A stretch of DNA of 64,000 nt from Prochlorococcus sp. AG-679-M23 (GCA_003208875.1 QCUR01000005.1:64001-128000); one strand, 5' to 3'. Counted from the stretch's first letter, positions 41,558 through 52,036 are shown. Notes: a model not told the origin generated them from the letters alone. Program-made: numbers and translations.

Positions 41558-41707
41558 AACCTTTTAAAGTATTACTTTTAAATTAAACTAATTTCTCTAC
41601 TAAAGCGAAGAATGTTTAAAGAAATTCATCCAATTTAAATATTTTAGTTAACAATTAGTAAACATTTAACTTGAAATACTCAAAGAACTCAGCAAGTGTT
41701 GAAAAAA

Positions 41708-41749
41708 GTTACCTTTGATACATAATTAGATTCATCAAGTTATTAATTT
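41708..41749 (+). promoter_or_regulatory. NtcA-activated (class II) promoter of glnA
   Basis: GTT-ACCTTTGA-TAC(A) at 41708-41721 has one mismatch to GTA-N8-TAC. Exactly 22 nt later is a TAN3T -10 element (TAATTT, 41744-41749). GGAGG SD at 41754-41758. Confidence 0.75.
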
Positions 41750-41771
41750 TATTGGAGGTATAAATAACGAA

Positions 41772-43193
41772 ATGGCCAAGTCTCCCCAAGACGTTTTAAG
41801 TCAGATTAAGGATGAAGGAATTGAACTCATCGATTTAAAATTCACTGACATTCATGGTAAATGGCAACATCTAACCTTGACATCTGACATGATCGAGGAA
41901 GAATCATTCACTGAAGGTCTTGCCTTTGATGGATCTTCTATAAGAGGTTGGAAAGCGATTAACGCATCTGACATGTCTATGGTTCCAGATTCAAGTACCG
42001 CATGGATCGATCCTTTTTATAAACACAAAACATTAAGCATGATTTGCTCTATTCAAGAGCCACGAAGTGGAGAACCTTATGATAGGTGCCCAAGATCATT
42101 AGCTCAAAAAGCATTAAAATATTTAGATTCAACAGGTATAGCAGATACTGCATTTTTTGGACCAGAGCCAGAATTCTTTTTATTCGATGATGTAAGATAT
42201 GACTCTAAAGAAGGTAGTTGTTTTTATAGTGTAGATACCATTGAAGCTCCCTGGAATACTGGACGAACAGAAGAAGGTGGCAACTTAGGTTATAAAATTC
42301 AATACAAAGAAGGCTATTTCCCAGTAGCTCCTAATGACACAGCTCAAGACATAAGGTCTGAAATGTTATTACAAATGGCTGAATTAGGAATTCCTACTGA
42401 GAAGCATCATCATGAAGTAGCTGGAGCAGGCCAACATGAACTTGGTATAAAATTTGATTCTTTAATTAGCTCCGCTGATAGCGTTATGACATACAAATAT
42501 GTTGTAAGAAATGTAGCCAAAAAATATGGGAAAACAGCTACATTTATGCCTAAACCTGTATTTAATGATAACGGAACAGGTATGCATGTTCATCAGAGTT
42601 TATGGAAAAGTGGTCAACCACTATTTTATGGCGAAGGATCATATGCAAATCTATCTCAAACAGCAAGGTGGTATATCGGAGGTATATTAAAACACGCTCC
42701 ATCATTCCTTGCATTTACTAATCCAACAACTAATAGCTATAAAAGACTAGTTCCGGGTTTTGAAGCTCCTGTAAATCTAGTTTACTCAGAGGGTAATAGA
42801 TCAGCAGCTGTAAGAATCCCTTTAACTGGACCTAATCCAAAAGCTAAAAGATTAGAGTTTAGATCAGGTGATGCACTAGCTAACCCTTATTTAGCATTTT
42901 CTGTAATGATGCTAGCTGGTATTGATGGTATTAAGAATCAAATTGATCCTGGTGATGGAGTTGATGTTGACTTATTTGAATTACCAGCAGAGGATTTATC
43001 AAAAATAGATACAGTTCCGTCATCTCTAAACGATTCATTAAATGCACTTAAAGCAGATAAAGATTATTTATTAGCGGGAGGAGTATTCACAGAAGACTTC
43101 ATTGATAATTTTATTGATATGAAGTATGAAGAGGTTCAACAATTAAGGCAGAGGCCCCACCCTCATGAATTTTTTATGTACTATGACGCTTAA
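41772..43193 (+). CDS. glnA: Glutamine synthetase type I
   Basis: [40 protein letters not shown] and [13 protein letters not shown] motifs. Confidence 0.99.
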   Translation: MAKSPQDVLSQIKDEGIELIDLKFTDIHGKWQHLTLTSDMIEEESFTEGLAFDGSSIRGWKAINASDMSMVPDSSTAWIDPFYKHKTLSMICSIQEPRSGEPYDRCPRSLAQKALKYLDSTGIADTAFFGPEPEFFLFDDVRYDSKEGSCFYSVDTIEAPWNTGRTEEGGNLGYKIQYKEGYFPVAPNDTAQDIRSEMLLQMAELGIPTEKHHHEVAGAGQHELGIKFDSLISSADSVMTYKYVVRNVAKKYGKTATFMPKPVFNDNGTGMHVHQSLWKSGQPLFYGEGSYANLSQTARWYIGGILKHAPSFLAFTNPTTNSYKRLVPGFEAPVNLVYSEGNRSAAVRIPLTGPNPKAKRLEFRSGDALANPYLAFSVMMLAGIDGIKNQIDPGDGVDVDLFELPAEDLSKIDTVPSSLNDSLNALKADKDYLLAGGVFTEDFIDNFIDMKYEEVQQLRQRPHPHEFFMYYDA

Positions 43194-43231
43194 GTCAAAG
43201 TAGGAATTTTCAAAATTCAAAAAGATCTTTT

Positions 43232-43272
43232 TGAGAATTATCACAAATAATTCTCAGATTGATTTTTTTTTT
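43232..43272 (+). terminator. Putative intrinsic terminator after glnA
   Basis: Perfect 10-bp stem TGAGAATTAT-cacaa-ATAATTCTCA followed by GATTGA and T10. The stem is AT-rich and not directly next to the T run. Confidence 0.5.
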
Positions 43273-43301
43273 GTTGAAATATAGTTAAGTAGTTATAAAA
43301 A

Positions 43302-44357
43302 ATGGCAAAAGAACAATTTTCAAAAATTGCATATAAAACACTTCAACAAGGAAAAAGTATCGCTGGATTAGCTCATAAAGAATTAAGTACAAGAATCATG
43401 AATTTCGTACTACCGGATAATAAGCTTGGTAATTTTAAAATAGATAAAAAACTCTTGGTTGATATCCAAAATTCAATGGATCGTCTTAGAGAAGAAGATT
43501 GGAATGATGCGGAAAAAAATATATATCCTCAGAAACTATTATTTGATGAACCTTGGCTAAGATATTTAACCCAATATCCAAAAATATGGCTGGATATGCC
43601 AAACACATGGGACCGAAGAAGAAAACAAAATTATAAAGATCTTCCTAAAAATATAGAGAATGAAAACTACCCAAAGTATTACTTAAGAAATTTTCACCAT
43701 CAGACAGATGGTTATCTTTCTGATTTTTCGGCAAGTATTTATGATTTACAAGTAGAAATTCTTTTTAATGGAAGTGCCGATGCCATGAGAAGAAGAATAA
43801 TTAAACCCCTTAAGGAAGGATTAAATAATTTTAGTAATAGAAAAAAAAGTTCATTAAAAATTCTTGATGTTGCTACAGGTTCTGGAAGAACACTTAAACA
43901 GTTAAGAGGTGCATTTGCCAAAGAGAAGATTATAGGACTTGATTTGTCTGGATCATACTTAAAAGAAGCAAGTAGATTTATTTCAAATTTAGATGGAGAT
44001 TTAATAGAATTAATTAAAGGTAATGCTGAAAATTTACCATTTGAAGATAATAGTATTCAAGGAATTACATGTGTTTATTTATTCCATGAATTACCAAGAA
44101 CAGTAAGAGAAAATGTCTTAAAAGAATTCTTTAGAGTACTTGAACCAGATGGAATATTAATTCTTGCTGATTCAATTCAAGAGAATGATTCACCTGATTT
44201 TATTCAAATAATGGAAAATTTTTATAAATCATTCCATGAACCCTTTTATTGTGATTACATCAAAGAAGATATAACATCCAAAATAAAAGATATAGGTTTT
44301 AATAACATAAAATCAAATTCATTTTTCATGACTAAAGTATGGTCTGCTATAAAATGA
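43302..44357 (+). CDS. Class I SAM-dependent methyltransferase
   Basis: ILDVATGSG motif I, GLDLS, GNAENLPF and YLFHELP; also YYLRNFHHQTDGYLS. Confidence 0.88.
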   Translation: MAKEQFSKIAYKTLQQGKSIAGLAHKELSTRIMNFVLPDNKLGNFKIDKKLLVDIQNSMDRLREEDWNDAEKNIYPQKLLFDEPWLRYLTQYPKIWLDMPNTWDRRRKQNYKDLPKNIENENYPKYYLRNFHHQTDGYLSDFSASIYDLQVEILFNGSADAMRRRIIKPLKEGLNNFSNRKKSSLKILDVATGSGRTLKQLRGAFAKEKIIGLDLSGSYLKEASRFISNLDGDLIELIKGNAENLPFEDNSIQGITCVYLFHELPRTVRENVLKEFFRVLEPDGILILADSIQENDSPDFIQIMENFYKSFHEPFYCDYIKEDITSKIKDIGFNNIKSNSFFMTKVWSAIK

Positions 44358-44377
44358 AGAAATAATGAATAATTACT

Positions 44378-44632
44378 ATGTATAACTCTGATGAAGATAC
44401 TATTCAACTTGCCCAAAAACTGAATAATAAGTTAAAAATTGATCACTTAGATTGGCACAAATTAAAGGGGAAAAAATTAAATAGATCAGCAGAACTTATA
44501 TCAGCCGCATTATGCCAATTACTAATTTCAGAGAATGAGGAGGATACTATAAACTATTTGGAAGAAAGTATAAAGTGGTTAAAAGGAATTAATGTAGACA
44601 ATCCATGTCCAAGTAAACATTCATCTTTTTAA
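44378..44632 (+). CDS. Conserved cyanobacterial hypothetical protein
   Basis: 84 aa ORF with DWHKLK, RSAE and C-terminal WL...PCP patterns; same strand as the methyltransferase. Confidence 0.7.
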   Translation: MYNSDEDTIQLAQKLNNKLKIDHLDWHKLKGKKLNRSAELISAALCQLLISENEEDTINYLEESIKWLKGINVDNPCPSKHSSF

Positions 44633-45064
44633 GGCTAATTGGAGCCGATTACCCTTATTACTCCATCTAATATCATCAAAACACTCATTTATTATATAAA
44701 GACCTCGCCCATTTAATGAAGTAAGTTTTTCAGGTAATTTATATAATCTTTTTTTTATTTCTAAACCATTACCTTGATCTTGAATTTGCCATACACACCA
44801 GTTAGGAGTAATGATTCTTCGAACTCTAATCGATTTATTAGGATCTAGTTTATTTCCATGCGTAACCGCATTTATAAGTGCTTCATGTAAACCTAGTTTT
44901 ATGTTGTAGCTGTATTGAGAAGTATTTAAAGGTTCTAACAATAAATCAACAAAATCATTTAATTGAAGTGAGGAATTTAATTCAAAATTAGACCAGTTAA
45001 TTGCTGGTCTATTGAGTAAATCAATAATAAAATTTAAAAGAATTTTGCCCTGAAAAAAGGACAT
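44621..45064 (-). CDS. RsbW-like anti-sigma factor / Ser-Thr kinase (HATPase_c)
   Basis: GHKL boxes EALINAVTHGN (N), DQGNG (G1) and GRGL (G2). Confidence 0.82.
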   Translation of the reverse strand: MSFFQGKILLNFIIDLLNRPAINWSNFELNSSLQLNDFVDLLLEPLNTSQYSYNIKLGLHEALINAVTHGNKLDPNKSIRVRRIITPNWCVWQIQDQGNGLEIKKRLYKLPEKLTSLNGRGLYIINECFDDIRWSNKGNRLQLALKR

Positions 45065-45113
45065 AACTTTATATCTATATTAAGAATATTTTAACTTACC
45101 AAATAGCTATAGA

Positions 45114-45833
45114 TCAAAGAATATTATTATGCCTCAATGAAATTGCAGGATGTCTGAGAATAGAATCCATAAGTCTTACTCCCCTAAGTTGATTGATTAA
45201 TGGCATGTGTCCTTCAGGAGCATCTAATGACCAACTAAATGAACTTGGATATCTAGTCCAATATCCATCTTTTTTCCATCCTATCTTTGGCCATAACAAT
45301 TCATATTTTTTTCCAACTGACTTAAGAAGTTTAGCTTGTATAGAAAAACCAAACCTGCCATTTGAATAAATAGTCCATAATCTATCTATCGTTTGAAGAT
45401 CAGTGCCTGACATATTATTGACCTCACTATAAAAAACATAACCACGATTTTCAGCAAGCTTACCAGCTAGTTTTCTTAAATATGAACTAGTCAATCTATC
45501 AGCATCCTCAAAGTTTTGTTCTAATAACCTCAACTGAAGTTCTTCATAGTTAATATTTTCATCTGAAGAAGTAAAAAACCAATTATTGTATTTTTTATCA
45601 TTAAAAAAAATTGGTTTATGTTTTTTTAATACTTGTAGTAACCAACCAGCGGCCCAATCATCTCCTTTTTGATCAAAATCATCAAATATTTTCTTCCCAA
45701 TCGAAAATATGTTTTCGACATCTGATTCAATATCAGATAATAAATTTATTCTTTTCCGTTGATTTGATTTAACAAAAATATTAACTAAATTTAATGTACT
45801 CTTATAATGGTCTTCTTGATCTTTGTTTGTCAT
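45114..45833 (-). CDS. gun4: GUN4 (Ycf53) porphyrin-binding Mg-chelatase activator
   Basis: FEDADRLT, DLQTIDRLWTIYSNGRFGFSIQ and APEGHMPL motifs. Confidence 0.9.
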   Translation of the reverse strand: MTNKDQEDHYKSTLNLVNIFVKSNQRKRINLLSDIESDVENIFSIGKKIFDDFDQKGDDWAAGWLLQVLKKHKPIFFNDKKYNNWFFTSSDENINYEELQLRLLEQNFEDADRLTSSYLRKLAGKLAENRGYVFYSEVNNMSGTDLQTIDRLWTIYSNGRFGFSIQAKLLKSVGKKYELLWPKIGWKKDGYWTRYPSSFSWSLDAPEGHMPLINQLRGVRLMDSILRHPAISLRHNNIL

Positions 45834-45867
45834 TTCTAAAAAATTCATCTAAATTTTAAAACTATCC

Positions 45868-46920
45868 ATGAACTCCAGAAAAGAAGAACTAGAGAAATTC
45901 AGGAAGTTAAAAGGCCCACTTATTGATGTTAGGAGTCCAGGTGAATATTATAAAGGACATATGCCAAATTCTATAAATATTCCGTTATTTGATAATGAAG
46001 AGAGATCAATAGTAGGAACTGTATATAAAAATTACGGTAGACAAGAAGCAGTAATAAAAGGTTTGGAATTTTTATCCATAAAAATTGAAAATATTATTAA
46101 TAAGTTATTTGAAGTTATAAATGATCATCAATTGACAAGTGATAATTCACAATTTAGTGAACCCACTTTAAAAATCTACTGTGCCAGGGGTGGAATGAGA
46201 TCTCAAAGTATATGCTGGCTTTTAGAAAAATACAATCATAAAAGTGTTACTTTAAAAAATGGCTATAAAAGCTACAGAAAATGGACATTAGATAGCTTTA
46301 ATAAAAAATGGAAAATAGTTGTTATGGGAGGAAAAACTGGAACTGGTAAAACTAAAATATTAAAATTACTTCGTGATAATAATTATCAGATCATTGATTT
46401 AGAGGGGTTAGCTAGCCATAGAGGAAGTACTTTTGGCGGACTAGGTATGAAAGCACAACCTTCAAATGAACAATTTGAAAATACCATCGCAGAGGAATTA
46501 AAAGGTTTTATAAAAAATAAGAAAATATTCGTGGAAGCGGAGAGTGCGAATATTGGAAAATGTAAAATACCTCATGAGTTTTTTAGTCAAATGAAAACAG
46601 CAGATAGAATTGAAATAATAAAAAGTGAATCAAATCGTTTAGAGGAATTAATTAAAACATATAGTATTTTTGAAGAAAAAGATCTTATAGAAGCTGTTTT
46701 AAGAATAAAAAAAAGATTAGGTCCACAAAGAACAACAATTGCAATCGAGTCAATTAAAAATAAAGATTGGAAATCGGTTTGTAAGTCTGTTTTAGAATAT
46801 TATGATAAGTGCTATGACTATGAAAAAACAGGGGCAAATAATATTAAAACAATAGATATGACAGATATCTTTGACGATCAAACAACATTGAGATTAATAA
46901 AGGAATATATGAAATCATAA
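45868..46920 (+). CDS. mnmH: tRNA 2-selenouridine/geranyl-2-thiouridine synthase
   Basis: Rhodanese domain IDVRSPGEY..GH and YCARGGMRS; P-loop GKTGTGKT; DLEGLASHRGSTFG. Confidence 0.92.
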   Translation: MNSRKEELEKFRKLKGPLIDVRSPGEYYKGHMPNSINIPLFDNEERSIVGTVYKNYGRQEAVIKGLEFLSIKIENIINKLFEVINDHQLTSDNSQFSEPTLKIYCARGGMRSQSICWLLEKYNHKSVTLKNGYKSYRKWTLDSFNKKWKIVVMGGKTGTGKTKILKLLRDNNYQIIDLEGLASHRGSTFGGLGMKAQPSNEQFENTIAEELKGFIKNKKIFVEAESANIGKCKIPHEFFSQMKTADRIEIIKSESNRLEELIKTYSIFEEKDLIEAVLRIKKRLGPQRTTIAIESIKNKDWKSVCKSVLEYYDKCYDYEKTGANNIKTIDMTDIFDDQTTLRLIKEYMKS

Positions 46921-46976
46921 ATTTTAACGAAATATGCTTTTATTATCTACAATATAAAATTAACTTTTAAATTATT

Positions 46977-47330
46977 ATGGCAGAAAATAACATAGCAAAA
47001 ATTCAATTTTATGAAGGAACTGATGAACCAGTTGTTCCAGAAATTAGATTAACAAGAGGTAATGATGGTACTACTGGACAAGCAATATTTATATTTGAAA
47101 AACCTCAAGCATTATCTTCAATTGCAGATGGTGAAATTACAGGAATGAGAATGATTGATGCCGAAGGAGAAATTTTAACCAGAGAAGTTAAAGTCAAATT
47201 TGTTGATGGTGAACCAATGTTTTTAGAGGGAACCTATATATGGAAAACCAAATCTGATTTTGATAGATTTATGAGGTTTGCTAATAGTTATGCCAAATCA
47301 AATGGATTAGGATACTCTGAGAAGAAGTAA
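46977..47330 (+). CDS. psb28: Photosystem II assembly factor Psb28
   Basis: [19 protein letters not shown] and [12 protein letters not shown] motifs. Confidence 0.95.
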   Translation: MAENNIAKIQFYEGTDEPVVPEIRLTRGNDGTTGQAIFIFEKPQALSSIADGEITGMRMIDAEGEILTREVKVKFVDGEPMFLEGTYIWKTKSDFDRFMRFANSYAKSNGLGYSEKK

Positions 47331-47344
47331 ATAGATTATGAAAA

Positions 47345-48388
47345 TTGAATCGTTCCTTCTATTTTAAATTTTCTGTTGTAATAATAAGCTTTTTAATAGT
47401 ATGGACCTTGAGGGATTTCATTCTTTTAATAATTTGTTCATTAGTAATATCAAATGTAGTTAGTAATTTATGTAATCAAATACAAACCATTTTAAAATTA
47501 CCAAGATTTGTATCCTTATTGATTGTTCTAGTAGGAATATCATTCATGATATTTGCTATTTCTATCATTGTATTACCCCCATTCATAAGAGAATTTAATG
47601 AAATATTAATAGATATTCCAAATGGATTATCAAGAGTTAATGAATTGGTCAACTCTAACCTAAATAAATTTAACGATCTACTTTATGGTAAAGAATCTGA
47701 GAGGATAGTAAACATTTTCGACCTTATTAATGATGTAGTTCCAATTCCAGATGGCGCTACTATTGCCAAAGCAATTCAAGAAAGTTTTATAAATATAATT
47801 AATTTAGCTGGAAACCTCGGATCTGGATTTATAAGAGTAATCTTTGTATTAGTTGTAAGTTTTATGATATCCATTGAACCGAAAGCTTATAAAGAGGGAG
47901 TACTCTTTATAGTTCCTAAAGTTTATCGAAATAAATTCAGGATTATATTAGATAAGTGTAATATCGCATTAACAAATTGGACTTTTTCTATAGTGATAAG
48001 TTCAATATCAGTAGGTTTATTATCTTTAATAGTTTTATCAATTTTAGATGTTAAATATGTAGTTTCAAATGCAATTATAGCAATGATCTTAAACATAATT
48101 CCCAACATAGGACCAGTTTTAAGTGGAATATTTCCTATCTCAATCGCACTTTTAGATAACTTTTGGAAACCAGTAGCTGTTTTTGGGGCTTATATCATAA
48201 TTCAAAATATAGAGAGTTATATAATAATGCCCTCTATTTTGAAGAAGAAAACAAATTTACTTCCAGGATTAACATTAATATCTCAATTTGGATTTACTTT
48301 CATCTTTGGTCCTTTAGGATTAGTATTATCCTTGCCAATTGTAGTAGTAACACAAGTATTAATTAAAGAGCTAATTAATGATAATTAA
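47345..48388 (+). CDS. AI-2E (UPF0118/PerM) family membrane transporter
   Basis: Multi-TM protein; IIPNIGP, IQNIESYIIMP and FGPLGLVLSLP patterns. Confidence 0.85.
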   Translation: MNRSFYFKFSVVIISFLIVWTLRDFILLIICSLVISNVVSNLCNQIQTILKLPRFVSLLIVLVGISFMIFAISIIVLPPFIREFNEILIDIPNGLSRVNELVNSNLNKFNDLLYGKESERIVNIFDLINDVVPIPDGATIAKAIQESFINIINLAGNLGSGFIRVIFVLVVSFMISIEPKAYKEGVLFIVPKVYRNKFRIILDKCNIALTNWTFSIVISSISVGLLSLIVLSILDVKYVVSNAIIAMILNIIPNIGPVLSGIFPISIALLDNFWKPVAVFGAYIIIQNIESYIIMPSILKKKTNLLPGLTLISQFGFTFIFGPLGLVLSLPIVVVTQVLIKELINDN

Positions 48389-48394
48389 AGACTT

Positions 48395-48577
48395 TTATTT
48401 AGTTAATTTCCTATACAAATATGGATAAGAAAAAAGTATAAAGAAGGAAAGAGGATGTTTAGAGAACGCAAAATATAAGGAATTAAATGTAAAATGATCT
48501 ATTAGTATTCTTAATTCTGTAGATAAATCAATTAACACTAAAGAAAATAGAAGAATTAAATAGTAATTTATTTTCAT
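48395..48577 (-). CDS. Small hypothetical membrane protein, 60 aa
   Basis: Strong SD (AGGGAG, 48585-48590) 7 nt before the ATG; directly downstream of secF; hydrophobic. Confidence 0.65.
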   Translation of the reverse strand: MKINYYLILLFSLVLIDLSTELRILIDHFTFNSLYFAFSKHPLSFFILFSYPYLYRKLTK

Positions 48578-48594
48578 TAAATTACTCCCTTAGT

Positions 48595-49512
48595 TTAATC
48601 TTTAATTAGAAATGAAGGTGCTAGTAATATACTTGAATAACTACCTATTAAAATTCCTAGAGTCAAAGATACAGAAAACCAAAATAGCGAATATGAACCA
48701 AAAATTATTAGTGTTAGTAGAGGTATTAATGTTGTAATACTAGTAAAAAATGTTCTTCGAAAGGATTCATTAACAGAGATTTGGATTATTTTATTATAGT
48801 TATCTGAATCTTTCTTTAAATTTTCTCTAATCCTATCGAAGATTACGACTGTATCATTTACTGAATAGCCAGCAATAGTTAATAAAGAAACGGCAAACAA
48901 ACTATTAACCTCAATAGACAATAGGACACCTAACCAAGAAAAAATTCCAAAAACAATAAATAAATCATGGAATAAAGCTAATAAAGCAAACAAAGCATAT
49001 TTCTTATCAAATCGAATAGAGATGTATAAAGATATTGCAAATAAAGAAACTAATAAGGAGGTGGCACAATTTGTAAGAAGTTTTTTGCCAAGTTTTGGAC
49101 CTATTATTCTAGAGTTTTTACTATCATAATTTAAAGGACCTAAAATTTTATCAACATTAGAAATCAAATCATTTGATTCTTCAATAGTTAAATAAGGTGT
49201 CCTAATAGAAATTAAACTATTATTATTTTGTATTTGTAATTTAATATTGTTTAGAAGATTTTTATTATTTGAAAAAGTTCTTAGTTTATTAATAACTAAA
49301 TCAGGGGAAATAATTTCACATTCTTCTTTACAACTCCTCTCAATTCTTAATTCATTCCCACCAATAAAGTCCATTCCAAGATTAATAGGTTTTTTGAATG
49401 AAGTGTTAAAAGTTGAATATAAGATTCCTATTAAACTTAACAATATAAGAAAAGATGAAAATCCAAATATTTTATTTTTATTTTTAATTAAATTAAAACT
49501 AAATGATGTCAT
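48595..49512 (-). CDS. secF: Protein translocase subunit SecF
   Basis: GMDFIGG, IGPKLG, ALFHD and GYSVNDTVVIFDRIRE motifs. Confidence 0.96.
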   Translation of the reverse strand: MTSFSFNLIKNKNKIFGFSSFLILLSLIGILYSTFNTSFKKPINLGMDFIGGNELRIERSCKEECEIISPDLVINKLRTFSNNKNLLNNIKLQIQNNNSLISIRTPYLTIEESNDLISNVDKILGPLNYDSKNSRIIGPKLGKKLLTNCATSLLVSLFAISLYISIRFDKKYALFALLALFHDLFIVFGIFSWLGVLLSIEVNSLFAVSLLTIAGYSVNDTVVIFDRIRENLKKDSDNYNKIIQISVNESFRRTFFTSITTLIPLLTLIIFGSYSLFWFSVSLTLGILIGSYSSILLAPSFLIKD

Positions 49513-49537
49513 AAACTAGATAATTAATAAATGAAAA

Positions 49538-50998
49538 TTAGAGGGGATTAGATTTACTTAAATAAAGATTTTTTTGTCTTAAAGATTGATAAGTAGTTAA
49601 AAATCTTAAAATAGTTTTGGAACAATTTAAAGATGTAAATAAACTTATAACAACTCCTAGACCAAGAGTTGCAGCAAAGCCCTTTACAAAATTAGTTCCT
49701 AATAAAAACAACACAAAACAACTTACAAAGGTTGTAATATGTCCATCGATAATAGACGAATTAGCTCTTTGAAACCCACTATCAATTGATCTTATAAGAG
49801 TATTTCCATTTATAAGTTCCTCTCTAATTCTCTCAAAAATTAAAACATTTGCATCCACAGCCATACCAATACTTAAAATCAATCCAGCAATTCCAGGTAA
49901 AGTTAATGTCACTGGTATTAAAGAATAAAGAGCTAAGTTAAAAAAACCATAAAAAATCAAGGAAATAACAGAAACAAAACCTAGAATTCTATAGTTAAAG
50001 ATCATAAATATTCCAACAAATATCAATCCACAAATAGCAGCATAAAGACTCTTAACAATATTTTTTGAACCAAGTAAAGGACCAATAGTATTAGTTTCAA
50101 CAATTTCAATAGGTAAAGGTAAGGAACCACCCTTAAGTTGAACTTCTAATTCTCTGGCGTTTTCAGCTGAAAAATTTCCACTTATCGTTGCTGATCCCCC
50201 AGTAATACCAGTATTTATGAATTGGCTACCAACACTAGCTTCACTAATAGATTCTCCATCAAGAACAATAGACAAAAGTTTATCCGTGCCTGCAATAGAT
50301 TTTGTAATTTCAGCAAATTTTTCACCACCATCATTACTAAAGGATAATGAGACCTCCCAATTATTATTAGTTTGCTCTTGCCTTCTACCTGCATTTATTA
50401 AATCCTTACCTGATAAGTCAGTTTTATTGAATAGATTAGCAATTTCATTACTTATATATTTTTTAGTTTCGACCAATCTCTCAAATAATTGTTGATTATT
50501 AGAAGAATAATTTATATCATTTTCAATTTTAGTAAGATTGTCCATAAGAAGTAAAGACTTCTCTTCGTTTCGTTTATCACCAATTTTGAATTGTTCAATT
50601 AAATCATTAAGTTTAAATCTCTGCAATTGTAGATTTTTTAATTGAGAACTTGTATTTTCTTTTTGAGTTCTAAATTCTAATAAAGCAGTTTTACCTAATA
50701 TCCTTGAGGCAGACAAAGGGTTTTGTTCCCCTGGTAACTCCAAAATTAATTGGTCACGTCCTAATGTTTGTAAGTTAGACTCTGCTACTCCTAAATTATT
50801 CACACGTTTATCTAAAACTGCATTGACAGCATCTAATTCTTCTTTTGAAACTTTCCCCTCTTCTTTAATCAATTGAAGAGTTAGTTGAGAACCTCCTTTT
50901 AAATCAAGGCCTAATTGTAGTGGGAAATTAATTAATAAATAAATAGAAAAAGTCAGTAGAAAAATAATAAAAAAAAGCCAACCTTGCCTTCTTTTCAT
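49538..50998 (-). CDS. secD: Protein translocase subunit SecD
   Basis: LGLDLKGG, LKGGSLP and LTLPGIAGLILSIGMAVDANVLIFERIRE motifs. Confidence 0.97.
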   Translation of the reverse strand: MKRRQGWLFFIIFLLTFSIYLLINFPLQLGLDLKGGSQLTLQLIKEEGKVSKEELDAVNAVLDKRVNNLGVAESNLQTLGRDQLILELPGEQNPLSASRILGKTALLEFRTQKENTSSQLKNLQLQRFKLNDLIEQFKIGDKRNEEKSLLLMDNLTKIENDINYSSNNQQLFERLVETKKYISNEIANLFNKTDLSGKDLINAGRRQEQTNNNWEVSLSFSNDGGEKFAEITKSIAGTDKLLSIVLDGESISEASVGSQFINTGITGGSATISGNFSAENARELEVQLKGGSLPLPIEIVETNTIGPLLGSKNIVKSLYAAICGLIFVGIFMIFNYRILGFVSVISLIFYGFFNLALYSLIPVTLTLPGIAGLILSIGMAVDANVLIFERIREELINGNTLIRSIDSGFQRANSSIIDGHITTFVSCFVLFLLGTNFVKGFAATLGLGVVISLFTSLNCSKTILRFLTTYQSLRQKNLYLSKSNPL

Positions 50999-51001
50999 TT
51001 C

Positions 51002-51985
51002 TTAAATACTCCCGTTGATTACTTCTTCGACTTTTTCGACTATTTGATGTGGTTGAATTATTGTTAAATTTTCTAAATTTCCATTATAAGGAGTAGGAAT
51101 ATCCTGACTAGATAATCTTATAGGTCTAGTATCAAGATCATCAAAACACTCTTCGGTAATCAAAGCAATTAATTCTGCTCCAATACCTCCAGTCTTCATA
51201 CATTCCTCAACAATAATCACATTATTAGTTTTTTTGATTGATTTTGAAATTGTTTTCATATCAAAAGGTTTTAAACTAATCAGATCAATTAATTCCACGT
51301 CAATATTTTTCTTATCTAATTCCTCAATAGCCTTTAAACAATGATGTCTCATTCTTGAATAAGTTAATATAGTAATATCTTTTCCCTCCTTGACTAAATC
51401 AGCTTGATCTAAAGAACATATAAAATCTCCATCAGGCAATTCCTCAGATAAATTATATAGAAGGACATGTTCAAAAAATAGAACTGGGTTATTGTCCCTT
51501 ATAGCAGCTTTCATTAATCCCTTTGCATTAGTAGGAGTGCTGCAAGCAACAATCTTAATCCCAGGAACAGCGTGAAAGTAAGCCTCTAATCTTTGACTAT
51601 GTTCAGCACCTAGTTGTCTACCTACACCGCCAGGACCGCGAACAACTGCGGGTATTTTATAGTTACCACCACTTGTATACCTGAGCATACCCATATTGTT
51701 GGAAATCTGATTAAAGGCTAATAATAAAAATCCCATATTCATACCTTCAACTATCGGTCTTAATCCTGTCATAGCGGCACCAACAGCCATACCAGTAAAA
51801 CTATTTTCGGCAATTGGAGTATCTAAAACTCTTAATTCTCCATATTTTTCATATAGATCCTTAGTGACCTTATAAGAACCACCATATTGACCTACGTCTT
51901 CTCCCATAATGCAAACGTTTACATCATTTGCCATCTCTTCATCAATTGCTTCTTTCAAAGCATTAAATAATAAAGTACTAGCCAC
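51002..51985 (-). CDS. pdhB: Pyruvate dehydrogenase E1 beta subunit
   Basis: [20 protein letters not shown] and GAEHSQRLE motifs. Confidence 0.97.
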   Translation of the reverse strand: MASTLLFNALKEAIDEEMANDVNVCIMGEDVGQYGGSYKVTKDLYEKYGELRVLDTPIAENSFTGMAVGAAMTGLRPIVEGMNMGFLLLAFNQISNNMGMLRYTSGGNYKIPAVVRGPGGVGRQLGAEHSQRLEAYFHAVPGIKIVACSTPTNAKGLMKAAIRDNNPVLFFEHVLLYNLSEELPDGDFICSLDQADLVKEGKDITILTYSRMRHHCLKAIEELDKKNIDVELIDLISLKPFDMKTISKSIKKTNNVIIVEECMKTGGIGAELIALITEECFDDLDTRPIRLSSQDIPTPYNGNLENLTIIQPHQIVEKVEEVINGSI

Positions 51986-52036
51986 GAGTAATTTCCTAAT
52001 TAACCATATATATAAATTTATACCATCAAGGTTGAA

